Origin: an uncultured Planctomycetota bacterium
Lineage (GTDB): Bacteria > Planctomycetota > Planctomycetia > Isosphaerales > Isosphaeraceae
DNA: 64,000 nucleotides
Direction: 5' to 3'
NCBI GenBank assembly: GCA_963823665.1
Contig: CAWGMQ010000006.1
Coordinates: 1,088,001 to 1,152,000 of the forward strand
Made by a program: the position numbers and the translations under genes
The notes under the pieces: generated by a model
Told to the model about the DNA's origin: nothing
The model's input: only the letters and a program-made list of their open reading frames with translations
The model's database searches: none
Part shown: positions 1-12,000 of the stretch, one piece after another
Layout of the letters: each line of letters starts with the position of its first letter
Numbering within the stretch: position 1 is the stretch's first letter

Positions 1-3000
1 TGGTGATCCCCTCCGCGTTGTCGTAGACAGTGTTGCCGATTGCTTCGTAGACGTTCGTGAGGTTAAGCCCAACGCTTGATTGTTCGTAGACGAAATTCTG
101 CGAGATCAAGAGGTTGCCGGAGCCAGCGATTCCGGTGCTGTCATCGAAGACGGTATTGGCCGTGATGGTGGATGCCACGGTTGAGCCCACGGCGGAGATT
201 CCCGTGCCGCTGCCAAAGATTCGATTGCTCGAGATCATGGCACCGTTGACTTCGTTGCCCACCACGATGCCGGTATTCGATGTGTCATAGATCGTGTTGC
301 CACTCACGGTCACGCTTGAGGTCGTTACGTTGCCGTTTGCAAGAACGATTCCCATTGATTGTTGAATGTAGGCGCTCAGATCGAGCTGGCCGTACAGAGA
401 ATTATTGATGACCTGTGCGTTACTGTCGCCGGCACCGATCTGAATTCCGTCGTCGTCATTGTCGTAGATGGTGCAATTCTTGATCGTGAGGCCGGTGCTC
501 CCGGAGTAGGCAATGGCGTTGATGCCGATCAGGCCGCCCGTGACGGTCAGGTTTTCCAGTGTCAGGTTGACCGCGCCGTTCACGTCGATGACGTCGCTGG
601 AGAGGAGGCCGCGGTTGAAGACCGTGCTGATATTCGGATAATTCGGGCCGTTGTAGCCCTCGATGATGATGCCCGATGCGTTTGCGCCCAGCGTGAGGAT
701 GCTGCTGAGATCGTAGGTTCCGGCGTCGACCATGACCGTGTCGCCGGCGTTCAAGTGGTACGCCGCCAGTACGCCGGCGATCGAGGCCTTGGGAGTCGCG
801 GGCGTGAGACCGTTGTTGCTGTCGCTGCCCGGAGCGGTCGTCCAGCCGCCGGGGACCACGGTCCCACTGTTGATGTAATACGTGGTCACCGCGCCGGTGA
901 TCGTGAATGGCTGGGCGCTTGTGCCGGAGAGGCCGCTGTACTGCACGCTCTGGACCTCGACCAGATAATTCGAGCCTGAGGGAATCGAGCTGGGGAGCGT
1001 CCAGGAGTACTCGCCGCTGTTGGGCACGGCGCTGGCGATCGTGAGGACGGGTGTCGTGCTACCCTGCTGGAGCAAGAGAATATTGACCGTGCCGGCCGGT
1101 GGTGTCGCGCCATTGACGGGCGCCAGATCGAAGCGCCAGGTGATGTTGAAGGTTTGTCCCTCGGGCCAGATTTCGCCGCCAGAGCCGGGCCTGGTGACGA
1201 TCAGATACTGGAGCGAGCTCAACGAGGCTTCAGCGGTATTGCCATAAGCGCCGATATTGATGTAACCGCCGTTGGGCGCAGGTTCATTCGAATAGCTGTC
1301 AGTCGGGTCGCCCATGTCGATGGCAGGGGACTCATTGGCATCGGCCGTCAAGGTGCCCGTGGGGAAGACGGGCAAACCGGTCGTCGTGCTGACGACCGGA
1401 GCGAGCGAGCCGCCGTGGTCGCTGCCTTGCAGGCTTTGCTCGTGGAAGTCGTTGTCGCGACCGTCGTCGGTGGGGGAGATGTATCCCGCGACGCCCGCGG
1501 ATCCGAGCGGATTGACGAACATCGGGTTCAACGCGAGGCTGTCGGCGTCGGTGAAGTCGGCGTCTTGCAAGGCGGCCAGGTTCGGACGGGCGATCTGGGC
1601 CCAGAGGCCAACCTGGCCAGTGCCGGTGGCGTAGAGGATGTTAAAATCGCTGGTGAAGCCAACCTCGCTGTCGGCAGTCACCGAGATGTCAAAGCCGGAC
1701 TCGACCCAGATAATGTTGTTGCGGAGCTGGATGTTTTTCGATTGATCCAGAATGTCGATCCCGTCGCCTTGCGGCTCGTAGATCGTGTTATTCACGATCT
1801 GCACGGCGCCAAGCTGGCCACTCTCGGCCAGAATGCCCCGACTGGAATTGGCGTAGATCAGATTGTTAGTTGAGCACGGCTGAGGAGCCAAACTGAAGCG
1901 CGATGCCGGTCCCGCTTGAATAGATCACGTTGTCGTAGACGGGCGAAGCGCCGGTGATCGAAATTCCATCGCCGGAGTTGTCATAGACCCGATTGGCGTA
2001 GACCGCGCTGTTGCCGTTAACGGTCACGATGCCGCTCGCACTGGCATAAACGTCGTTATTCGCGGCCTCGGCGTCGTCATCGAGGTAGATTCCCACCGAC
2101 TGAGACCCGGTGCTGCCGGAGACGACGTTGCCGGCCACGAGCACATTGCCAACGGCGTAAATGCCGTCGGCAGAATTGTTCGCCATGATGTTGCCCAGAC
2201 CCTGCGTCAGATCCAGATCGCCCACGACGGATTGAGTGCTGCCCGACTGGTTGACCACAATGCCCGAGCCGGCGTTGTCGCTCGACGTGCAGGTCTCGAC
2301 CAGAGTGCCATTGGCATCCGCCAGATTGATGCCGTCGGCGCCGTTGTAGGTCGCGATGCAGTCCACGACCAGCGGGACGCCGCTGTCGACATAGATGCCG
2401 TAGCTCGAGTTGCCGGTCGCCGTGATCGAATTCATGGCCAGAACGTTTGATGCGGTGAGGATCCGGATGCCGGCCCCGCCGTTGTCGAGCGATTGGTCGT
2501 TCTCAAGCGTCACCGCGGGGCTGTTTTTCACGAGCAAACCATCGGACGAGTTATGCGAGAACGTCAGATTGGTGGCGACGAGATTGGTACTGTTGTCCTC
2601 GGCCAGCAAGCCGTTTGATCCGCCGCTTAACGTCAGGTTCTCCACCGTCATGAACGCCGCGTCATCGAGCGTGATCACCGGCGCATCGGCAAGCGGATTT
2701 GCCAGCGTGAATGTCGCCGGCAGGCCTGCGCCGCCGGGGCCGGTGATCGTGAAGCCGCTCTGGCTTCCATTGCCCGTGATCCCGGAGACCACCAAGGGCG
2801 CCACCAGGGCGTAGTTGCCGGCATCGACGTCGACCGTATCACCCGGGCCGAGCGTGAAGATGTGCAAGAGGTTGTTCACATAGGGCACGGGCTCACTGGG
2901 ATTGGTGCCGTCGTTACGGTTGCTGCCAGGGGCTGATGTGTAGATATCGCCGAACGTACCGGCGTCGTTCACATAAAAAGTGGTTGAATTCTCGGGAACG

Positions 3001-6000
3001 GTGAAGTCTTCGGTGCTGCGGGCGAAGACGCTGGGGCTGCCGACCAGGGAAATCTGGATCCGCAGGCCGTGCGTTCCGAAGTTGATGCCGCTGTCGGCGG
3101 CGATCCACTGATACACGCCTGTGTCGGGCGTGCTGGGAGTGATGTTCATCAAGAACTGCGGACCGTTTGGTCCGTCTTGATACAGATCGATGCGCACCGG
3201 TGCATTCGTGGTATTTCCCAATGATTCCCAGCGGATCGGTTCCTGGACGGTATCCAGCCAGTCGGTGTAGAGATCGGGACTGATGAGCCGCAGCGTGGGG
3301 GTCTGGGTTGCGCCGATCTGGACGCGGACGGCGCCGTAGGCGCCCTGATCGAGCGCGGCGGAGTCGGATTGGACGTAGACGAACGCGGCATCGAGGTAGG
3401 CGTCGTTGGTCGAGCCGCTGTTTCGCACGGCGGTGAAGCGGTATCGCGCTGTGCGTGCTCCGACGGGAATGTCGACGCGGCCGCCGACGAGCTCCCAGCG
3501 AGTGCTCAGGTTCTGGGCATCTTCGGTTGTGGTGGAGATCACATCGCCGCTGGCATCATAGAAGGTGAGACTGATCGAGCCGGCGTCGGGAGGAGTTTCG
3601 TTCGCCGAGCGATCGCGGCCACCGAAGATCAGGGTCTCATCGCCGGAGTCGATCTCCGCATCGGTCAGGCCGGTGGCGGTGAGGTTCACGGTTTGATCGA
3701 GCGTGACGACGGCGTTGGGGCCGGCGAAGAAATAGTCGGCGCCTGTCCAGGGAGCGGGGTTCGCGCTCTGGGTTCCGCCGCTGGGGGTTGCCGTCCAGCC
3801 GGAGAGGCCCGACGAGAAGTCGGGATTCGTGAGGAGATTCTGGTAGACCGCGGGCAAAGCTTCATCCGTGATCGGGTCGGCGGCGTTGATGGTCGGACTG
3901 CTGCTTCGCAGGGCGGCGAAGAGACCAATCACCTGGAAGTCATTGATGGAAAGCCCGGCGAACCGCGGCTGATTGAGCGTGGGATTGAGCGAAGTCGTGC
4001 CTTCGGAGTGGAGATCGAATTCATCAACGTCATCCTGCCAGTCGAGGATGTCGGTGAAATCGATGTCCCAGTGGACCAGCTTGCCGGTACCGCTCGAATA
4101 AAGGTCGTTGTAATCGCTCGAGTATCCGGTCTGACTGTCGTTGGCGACGTTGATGTCGTAGCCCGACTCGGCCCAGAAGATGTTGTTCAAGATCTCGGTC
4201 TGGCTGGAGCCGCCGGTGATGTCGACGTTGTCTCCAGTCGGCGCGAAGAACGTGTTGTTGACGATGCTCACGGCCGTCTGGCCGGTCACGGCGACGCCGG
4301 ACTGGATGTTGTCATAGAACACGTTATAGGCGATCAACTGGCCGCTCGACGCGCTGATGCCGATGTTCTCCCGGGTGATCTGGTTAAATTCGATCGGGCC
4401 AGTGAAATTGACGGTGACGGTGTTGGCGGCGAGGACGTTGGGATCATCGGGATTGCTGCCGCCCAGGAATCCGGAGCCGCTGACGCCCACGGCGTTGTCG
4501 TAGATGTCCTGGTTTTGCATGTTGGCGTCTTCGAGATTGACGCCGGTTTGATTGTCGAAGATTTGATTGGGACCGGTGCTGCCGACGAAGCCGAAGCCGT
4601 TACTGGGATCGAGCACGGTGCTCTCTACGCCGGTGACATTGTCGTGAATGCGGTTGTCGCCGAGGGCTGTTGCTGCTTGATAGTTGATTCCCACGGCCGC
4701 GTTGTAGATGTCGTTGGAAGTAATCGCGCCGGTGAATGCGGCGGCGATGCTCAAGCCCATCGCGGCCGCGGTGATCTCATTGCCACTGATTGTGCCGGCG
4801 GCCGGGGCCAACAGAGCGATCCCTGTTCCGGCACCGCTCAACTGATTGTCTTGCACGTTCAGGCCGGTGGTGCCGGCGGCAGCGATTGAGATATCCGCCG
4901 CGGTTGATGAGATCGAATCATCATCGATCGTGACGTTCGTGGCGCCCCCCTGAACCGTGACCGCCGCTGCGCTCGTCGTAATGCTGTCGTTCAAGAGCTC
5001 AAGCCCCGAGCCGCCGCTGAGTGTCACGCCTGATCCTGAAACGGTGTCGCCGTAGAGGGCGGCCTGGGTCGCATTCGTGAACGTCACGCCGCCGGTCAAG
5101 TCGAGGTTTTCGAGCACGGTCCCCGACATGCCGGTGCCGGTGACGGGGACCGGAGATCACGGTCGAGCCGGTGGTCGAGCCGACGATCAACACGCCCGCG
5201 GGGATCGACGAGAGGTTGACGGCGCCGGAATAGGTGCCGTTGTCCACGAGAATCACGTCGCCGGGCTTGAGCGGATTTGTGGTGTTCGACAGGACGGCCT
5301 GGAGCGTGAGCATCGGGCTGGCGGGGGAGAGGCCGGCGTTTGAATTGTTGCCCGGAGCGGTGGTGTAGATATCGCCATTTGTGCTTGAGTCGTTCACGTA
5401 ATGGATTGTGCCCAGGCTGAACGTGTTGCCGAGAACGACGATCTGCGAGCTGCCCGAATCGAGCGCGCTGAAGCTCACGAAGGGATGGCCGCTCGGGTCC
5501 ACGGCCAGGGAGGGGGACTGCACGATGCCGAGACTGCCGGTGATGCCGTCGAAGCTCGCGTCGCCCGGGAGCTGCGCCGACGAACGCCGAGCCGGTCCAG
5601 GACTTGACGTAGACCGTCGCGCCGTTGGCCGGGGCACTTGGGAATTCGTTGTCGATCCAGGCGAGATACAATTGGCCGTCGTTGCTCGAGAGCACCGGCT
5701 GCGTGGCCGGCCCGCGGCTGGAGGATACACCACCTGAGGAGGTCGCGCCGGCTCCGGCTGGCGACCACGAGCTGCCGGTGTACATCGCAGCGTAGATCTG
5801 GTCCACGCCGCTTGAATTGTCTTGCCAGGCGGCGAAGAGCGTACCGTTGTCGAACGCCAGGGTGGGCGACGTGGCCTGCGCGGTCGAGTTGCTGATTCCG
5901 TTGCCGGAGGCAGAGCCTTTCAACTGCTGCCAGGAACCGCCGGTGTACTCGAGGACGAAAAATCTGCTGCGTGGAATTGACGGTCTGAGTCCAGGCCACG

Positions 6001-9000
6001 GCCACGTTTGCGCCGCTTGATGCCAGCGCCAGATTGCTGACCGAGCTGGACGAGGCCGAGACCCCATTGCCGCTGGCAGCACCGGTGCCGAGAGCGACCC
6101 AGTTGCCATTTGACGAATTGCTTGACGTAAACATTGGTGACGCCGCTCGTCGTGTTCAACCAGGCGACGACGGGGCCGGTGGACGTGCTCGGTGATCACG
6201 GGGTCAGTCGCGCCGCCGGTGCCGCTGATGCCGCCGCTGCCCAGGGAGCTTCCGAGCGCGACCCAGCCACCGGCTCCGCTGTTGGCCGTCGGACTGTATT
6301 GGGCCACATCGATGTCGCTGGACGTGCCGTTAAAGACGGTGTAGGCGACGACCGGCTGGCCCGAGGCGTTCAAAGTGATGCTGGGCTGTTGCGCGCGCCA
6401 GGAGCGTTGCTGATGCCTCCTCCCTGGCGCTGCCGGCGAGCTGGACCCAGCCTGAAGACGTGTGCTCGGCCACGTAGATCTGGTACTGGCCGTCGCGCGA
6501 ATCGGACCAGGCGACGTATTGGCCACTGGGACCGGCGACAACGCTGGACTCGATCGCCTGCGCCGGACTGTTGCTCAAGCCGCCGGCAAAAGCCGAACCG
6601 GAGAGACCCGTCCAGCGGCCTGGAGCCAAAGCGCCGGTGGGCAACGTGGCCGCCGAGTCGACGAGCGAGGGGGGCCAGTCGGGCGGAGTCGGGATTGCTC
6701 CCGGCGACGGCAGCGCCACGGTGCCTGCGGCCACGGTGTAGACTTGCGTGCCGGCGGTCGCGCCGGTGATCGTGTTCGTGCCGCCCTGGTTATAAATGAT
6801 GTCGTTGCCCGCGCCGGCGATGATGTCGTCCTGGCCGGAGCCGTAGATCGTGTCGACCGCGGTGGCCGTGCCACCGCTTTGACCATTGGCGTGGATCACG
6901 CCCGAGCCGCCGTCGAAGATGAGGTCGGTTCCAGTGCCGCCGTAGATCGTCGCGGCGCCGGTGCCGCCCACGATCGTGTCGTTGCCCGAGCCACCGGTGA
7001 TGTTATCGTTGCCGCCGCCGCCGTAGATCAGATCGTTGCCGGCCGCGGCATCGATGACGTCTGCGAAGGGTGAGCCGTAGATGGTCGTGTCGCCCGAGCC
7101 GGCGATGAGCGTATCGCCGGAGCCGGTGGCGCCATTCAGGATGTCGATGCCGGCGCCGCCGACCAGGCAATCGTTGCCGGTGCCGCCATCCAGGTAGTCG
7201 TTGCCGGAGCCGGCGAGCAGTGTGTCGTTGCCGCTGCCGCCATAGAGCCAGGCGGTGCCGGAGAAGCCGGTTGAGTCCAGAGTCTCGTTGCCGGCGCCGC
7301 CGCTCAGGATGGCTGAGGCGATTCCGCTCAGACGCAAAGCTGGCTCCGTTTGAGCGGGTGAGGCAGCGCGTTCGTCAGCACGGCGCTTGCGTCGACGGCG
7401 GAGACGATCGTGTCGAGGCCGCCGCCGCCGGTCAGTGTTGCGCTGCCGGTCCAGCCGGAGACGTCGAACGTGTCGTCGGTTGTGCCGGCGGTCAAGATTG
7501 CTTGCCCGATTCCGCTCAAGCCGATTAACTCGCCGTTGGAGAGATCGAGACTTTGATTGGTGAGCGTGAAGTCGACGTCGGCGGTGACGGTGATACTGTT
7601 GGTTCCGGCGCCGCCCTCGAGCATCAAGGCGCCAGTGATCGACCTGGTCGATCGCGCCGCGGCGGCCGATGTACCGCCCACGACGAACGCGTCGCTGCCC
7701 GAGCCGCCGGAGACGAGCAGGTTGCCCTCGGTGGCCTGGATGTCGAACGAGTTGGTGCCGGCGCCGGCACTAATCTGCGTGCTGCCGGGACCTGTGCCCA
7801 GGACCGTGACCTGGTCGCCGCCAGCGCCCAAGGAGAGTTCAAGTGCGGCCAGATTGCTGTAGGTGATGCCGTCGGGCATGTCGAGGCCGGTGAGGGAGGT
7901 CGATGTCAGCGTGACGACTTCCTGAAGCGTGCTGCCGGTGGCATCGACGTTCAGGATGTCCATGCCGCTCGCGCCGACGATGGCCAGCGGCGCGCTGATT
8001 CCGGAGAGGTTGCCGCCTGACTGAGGCGACTTGCTGCCGACGTTGATGACGTCCTGGCCATCGCCATTGACCGTTGTCGCGCCGCCGATCGCCTGGATGT
8101 TGACGGTGGTGACGGCGCGTTCGCTATTCACCGTCGTCACGCCGCCGGTGGATTCGATGTTGATGAGCGCCGTTCCAGAGCCGGCGTTGAGCGTGGTGGC
8201 GGCGCCGGTGGAAATGACGTTGATCGTGTCTGAGCCCGAGCCGTCGGAGACGGTCGTTGAGCCCAGCGTCGATTGGATGTTCACTGTGTCGCTTCCGTTA
8301 CCGTCTTGCACGGACGTTGTGCCGGTGTGCGTGCTGGCGATGCTGAATTGAATCGTTCCTTGGCCGAGGAAGGCGCTGACGGAAGCCATGCCGTTGTAAG
8401 TGATCCCGCTGGCCATGCCCAGTCCGGTTATCGTGTCGGACGTGAGAATGCCGGTCTCGGTACCCGTGCTGCCGGAGTCGTCGGCGACCAGGGAGTTGAC
8501 GCCGCTGCCGCCGGAGACGACGAGGGGGGCGGCGATGGTGGCGAGCACACCGCCGGAGGTTGGTTCCCTGCTGCCGACGTTGGTTATCAAATCGCCGGTG
8601 TTGCCCAGGATTGCGGTCAAGCCGCTGATCGATTGCACGTCGATCGTGTCGGTGCCGGTACCGGCGTCGATGGTGGTCGTGCCCGAGTCGGTGCCTCCGA
8701 CGGTCAGGGTGTCATTGCCTGAGCCGAGGAAGATGTTGAGCGCGGCGATGTTCGTGTAGTCGATGCCGCCGGTCATCCCGAGGCCGGTGATCGCGGTTGA
8801 GGTGAGCGTTCCGGTGCGGTTTGCCGAGGAGCCTGAGTCATCGACGTTCAGTGTGTTGGCCCCGGAGCCGGCGTTTACGGTGAGCAGTGCGCCCATCGGG
8901 CTCAAGGACCCGCCTCGCGCCGGGGAGAGGCTGCCGACGTTGATCGTGTCATTTCCCGTGCCGCCGGAGATGGTCGTCGGGGCTCCAATCCCTTCGATAT

Positions 9001-12000
9001 TCACCGTGTCGTTGCCGGAGCCGGTGTCGATCAGGCCGGGCGTCGTGTCGCTGCTTGCGTAAGTGAAGACGTTGTTCTGGGATGAGCTGCCCGAGAGTGT
9101 GACGAGCGGCGCGAGAATCGTGCCCAGGATATCCAGATAGGTTCCCGCACCGGGATTGTCGTTGTTGTAGTCGCCATGGATCACGACGTTGCCATGCGAG
9201 CTGATCGTGCTGCCGGGCGCTGCGAAGATGTTGTTCTCGGCGAGGAGTGTGATCGTGCCCGCAAGTGCGCTCAAAACGGCAGTGCCGGGCAAATCGAGGC
9301 TGTCGCGCCCCAGCGCCAGAGAGCCGGCGGTGAGGACGATGTTTCCGGCCGTCGACGTCACCGCGCCTGCGATGAGTGGACCGCCGGTCGCAATCACGTT
9401 GATGTTGCCTAGCGCCGTGGCGTTCAACTGCACGGGATCGAGGTCGATCAAAATTGGACTCCCGGCGCCGATGGAGCCCTTGCTCGCCGTCAGAGTCACA
9501 GTCGCGGCACTGATGAGCTGGGCCGAGCTGCCGCTTGAGATGTTGCCGGCCGAGGTTGAGATGGTTGAGGAACCGGCTGGGCTGCTGATCAGGCCGCTCA
9601 GGACCACATTGCTCGAGACGGCGGTGCTCGAGCCAGCGGTGATCGTGATGTTTCCCTGGCTGGCGGTCACGTTGCTAACGGTGATCGTGTCTGCCGTGGA
9701 CGAGCCGCCGGACTGGCCGTCCTCGAACAGGAGGCTCACGTTGCCGCTCGAGGAAGTGACGTCGTTGAGCGGCAAGTTGATCGCACCGCCACCCTGTGAC
9801 GTGGGCGTGACAGCGAGGAAAACGCCGGCGAAGCCGATTGCTTCGGGTAGGCTGGCCGGCATGCCGGAGGTGAAAAGGGGTACCAGCGGAAGTGGAAGCA
9901 GGGCCGTGCCGATGCTGCCCGCGTCGGCTTCGAGCTCGAAGGTCGCGGCTTCGAGGGAGTCGCTCGCCGCGGCGGCGAGTATGCTGCCGCCGGCGCTAGT
10001 GATCACGGTGTCGCCCAGCGGGTTTGTGATCGTTCCGGTCAGGTGGATGTTCCCGCCGGTCGTGTTCGTGCTGGCGATTTGAACGAAGCCGCCACCGACC
10101 GAGGTTGACGTGATGTAAGTCCAGTTCGCATTGGTCGCGGTATCGATGACAGTCGGTGTGCCGCCGGCGCCCACGACGTTCAAGGCACCGACGTAAAGGT
10201 CGTTGGAAGAGGCATTCTGGATGACGACTGTTCCGTTTGATTCGAAGTCGATGCTCGAGAAGCCCGACGTCGTTCCGCCCGGGGCTGAAACCGTGAGCGT
10301 GCTGGCGGTGCCGGTGGTGAGCCCGGTGACGTCGATCTGGCCGGTCGAGTCGGTTTGCCCGACAGCAAGCGGATTGGTGCCGTCGGTCACGGCGAGGCCG
10401 TTTTCCGTGGTCACCATTCCGGCGGGATTGACCGTCAATGTGTGGGCGACGCTGCCGGTCAAGGTGATGTTGCTGTCGAGTGTGACGGTATTCGTGATGA
10501 CTTCCGACCCTATATCGTTCTGCGAGCAGCCGATGCCGGGGTTGAGTGAGGCGTCTGTCTTGTCGGCGTTGACGACGTAGGTGCTGCCGCCGGTCATGAG
10601 GGGCCGGGCCGCGACGATGGAGATTTCGGGGGCGGCGAGAGAAGATCCGGAGTCGAGGTCGGCTTCGGTCGTGTCGAGTTTATAGCTGCCGGCGGTTGAA
10701 TCGTAGATAGCGGCCGCGGCGATGACGGTGGTCTTGGAATACGAATTCGTTTCGTCGTTCTCAGTCTGTGCCAGGACATTCAGGTCTCTTGCCGACGTGA
10801 CGGTCGACCCGCTGCCGATGTGCGCCTTGGCGTCGGTGATCTCGTCGGCTTCGGCGGTGGCATTGTCGGCTACGCCGCCGCCGTCAGATTCGGTCTTGTC
10901 ACTGACGACCGCTTGCACCTGCGGGTCGACGGCATCGAGGTCGAACTGACCAACGTTCACGTCATCGTCGGTGCCGAGCTCGGCGAGGGTCTGCACCGGG
11001 GTCGAGGTCGTGCCGGCAGCGGCGGTGGCATCTCCGGAGTTGGTTTCGATCGCACCTATGGTCGTCTGGTTCAAGGTTGCAGAGAGGTTGTTGCTCTCTT
11101 GCGCGAGGATCACGAGCGAGGCGCTCGGGGAATTGATCGTGGTGTCATCGCCCAGTCGGGCCTGGGTCATCGCGCCGTCTTGGGGCTCGACCAGGTTGAG
11201 CGTGAGACTGGCACCGCCTGAGCCGACGGCGCCGCCGCCTGATGCTGCCATGGTCGGGTTGCCGTTGTCGATGGTCGAGCTTGAGATATTGATAAGCTTG
11301 CCGGCGGAGAGCACGGTGGGGGCCGAGCCGGTTGCGTCGTCGGTTCCGGCGTCGGTCTGGCTGGTCATGGTGAGCGTGCCGAAGGCGGAGCCCTGATTGC
11401 CGAAGCCGCCGGCCGTACCGTCGACAAAACCACCGGTCTGGTCGAGCGAGCTGGAGATCACGTTCAATTGCTGGCCGGCGGAGATAACGTCGCCGGCGCC
11501 GAACAAGGCGCTCGTGATGGAATTGTCGGTGACGTCGATCTGGGTACCCACGGTCGCTTCGAGCCCGCCGGCGGTGGCTGTCGCCTTGGAGTAGGCCATG
11601 CGCGACGTATCGGGCGTGCCGGCTTCATTGGCGTTATCGTATGCGAGGATATTCACGTTACCGCCGGATTCGAGATCGGTGCCGGGGGCGACAAAGGACT
11701 GGATGACCGGGGCCCACGACGCCACGGCCGCGGACGTGCTGACCTGAATGGCGGAGCCGCCGGCACCCTCGGCGTCGGAATTCGAGCTGCCGAGTGCCAG
11801 CCCTTCGATGGTGGTGTTGCCGGTCACCGTGACCGGACCGCTACTGCCGAGTGAGGCGGTCACGGTGGGTGAATCCAGGGCGGACGCGGAGGATCCGTCG
11901 ATATTTACCGCGCCGCCGCCGTCGGCCGTCGCGTCCGCGGTTGTGGAATTTGTTCCCATCGCGATCGCGCTCAAGTCTCCGCCGGCGACCAGACGGCTCA

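Noticed and set aside
6700..9000. RTX toxin call from GGxGND repeats
   Set aside because: The repeats are internal to an adhesin-like protein; no toxin domain, acyltransferase or T1SS genes in the window
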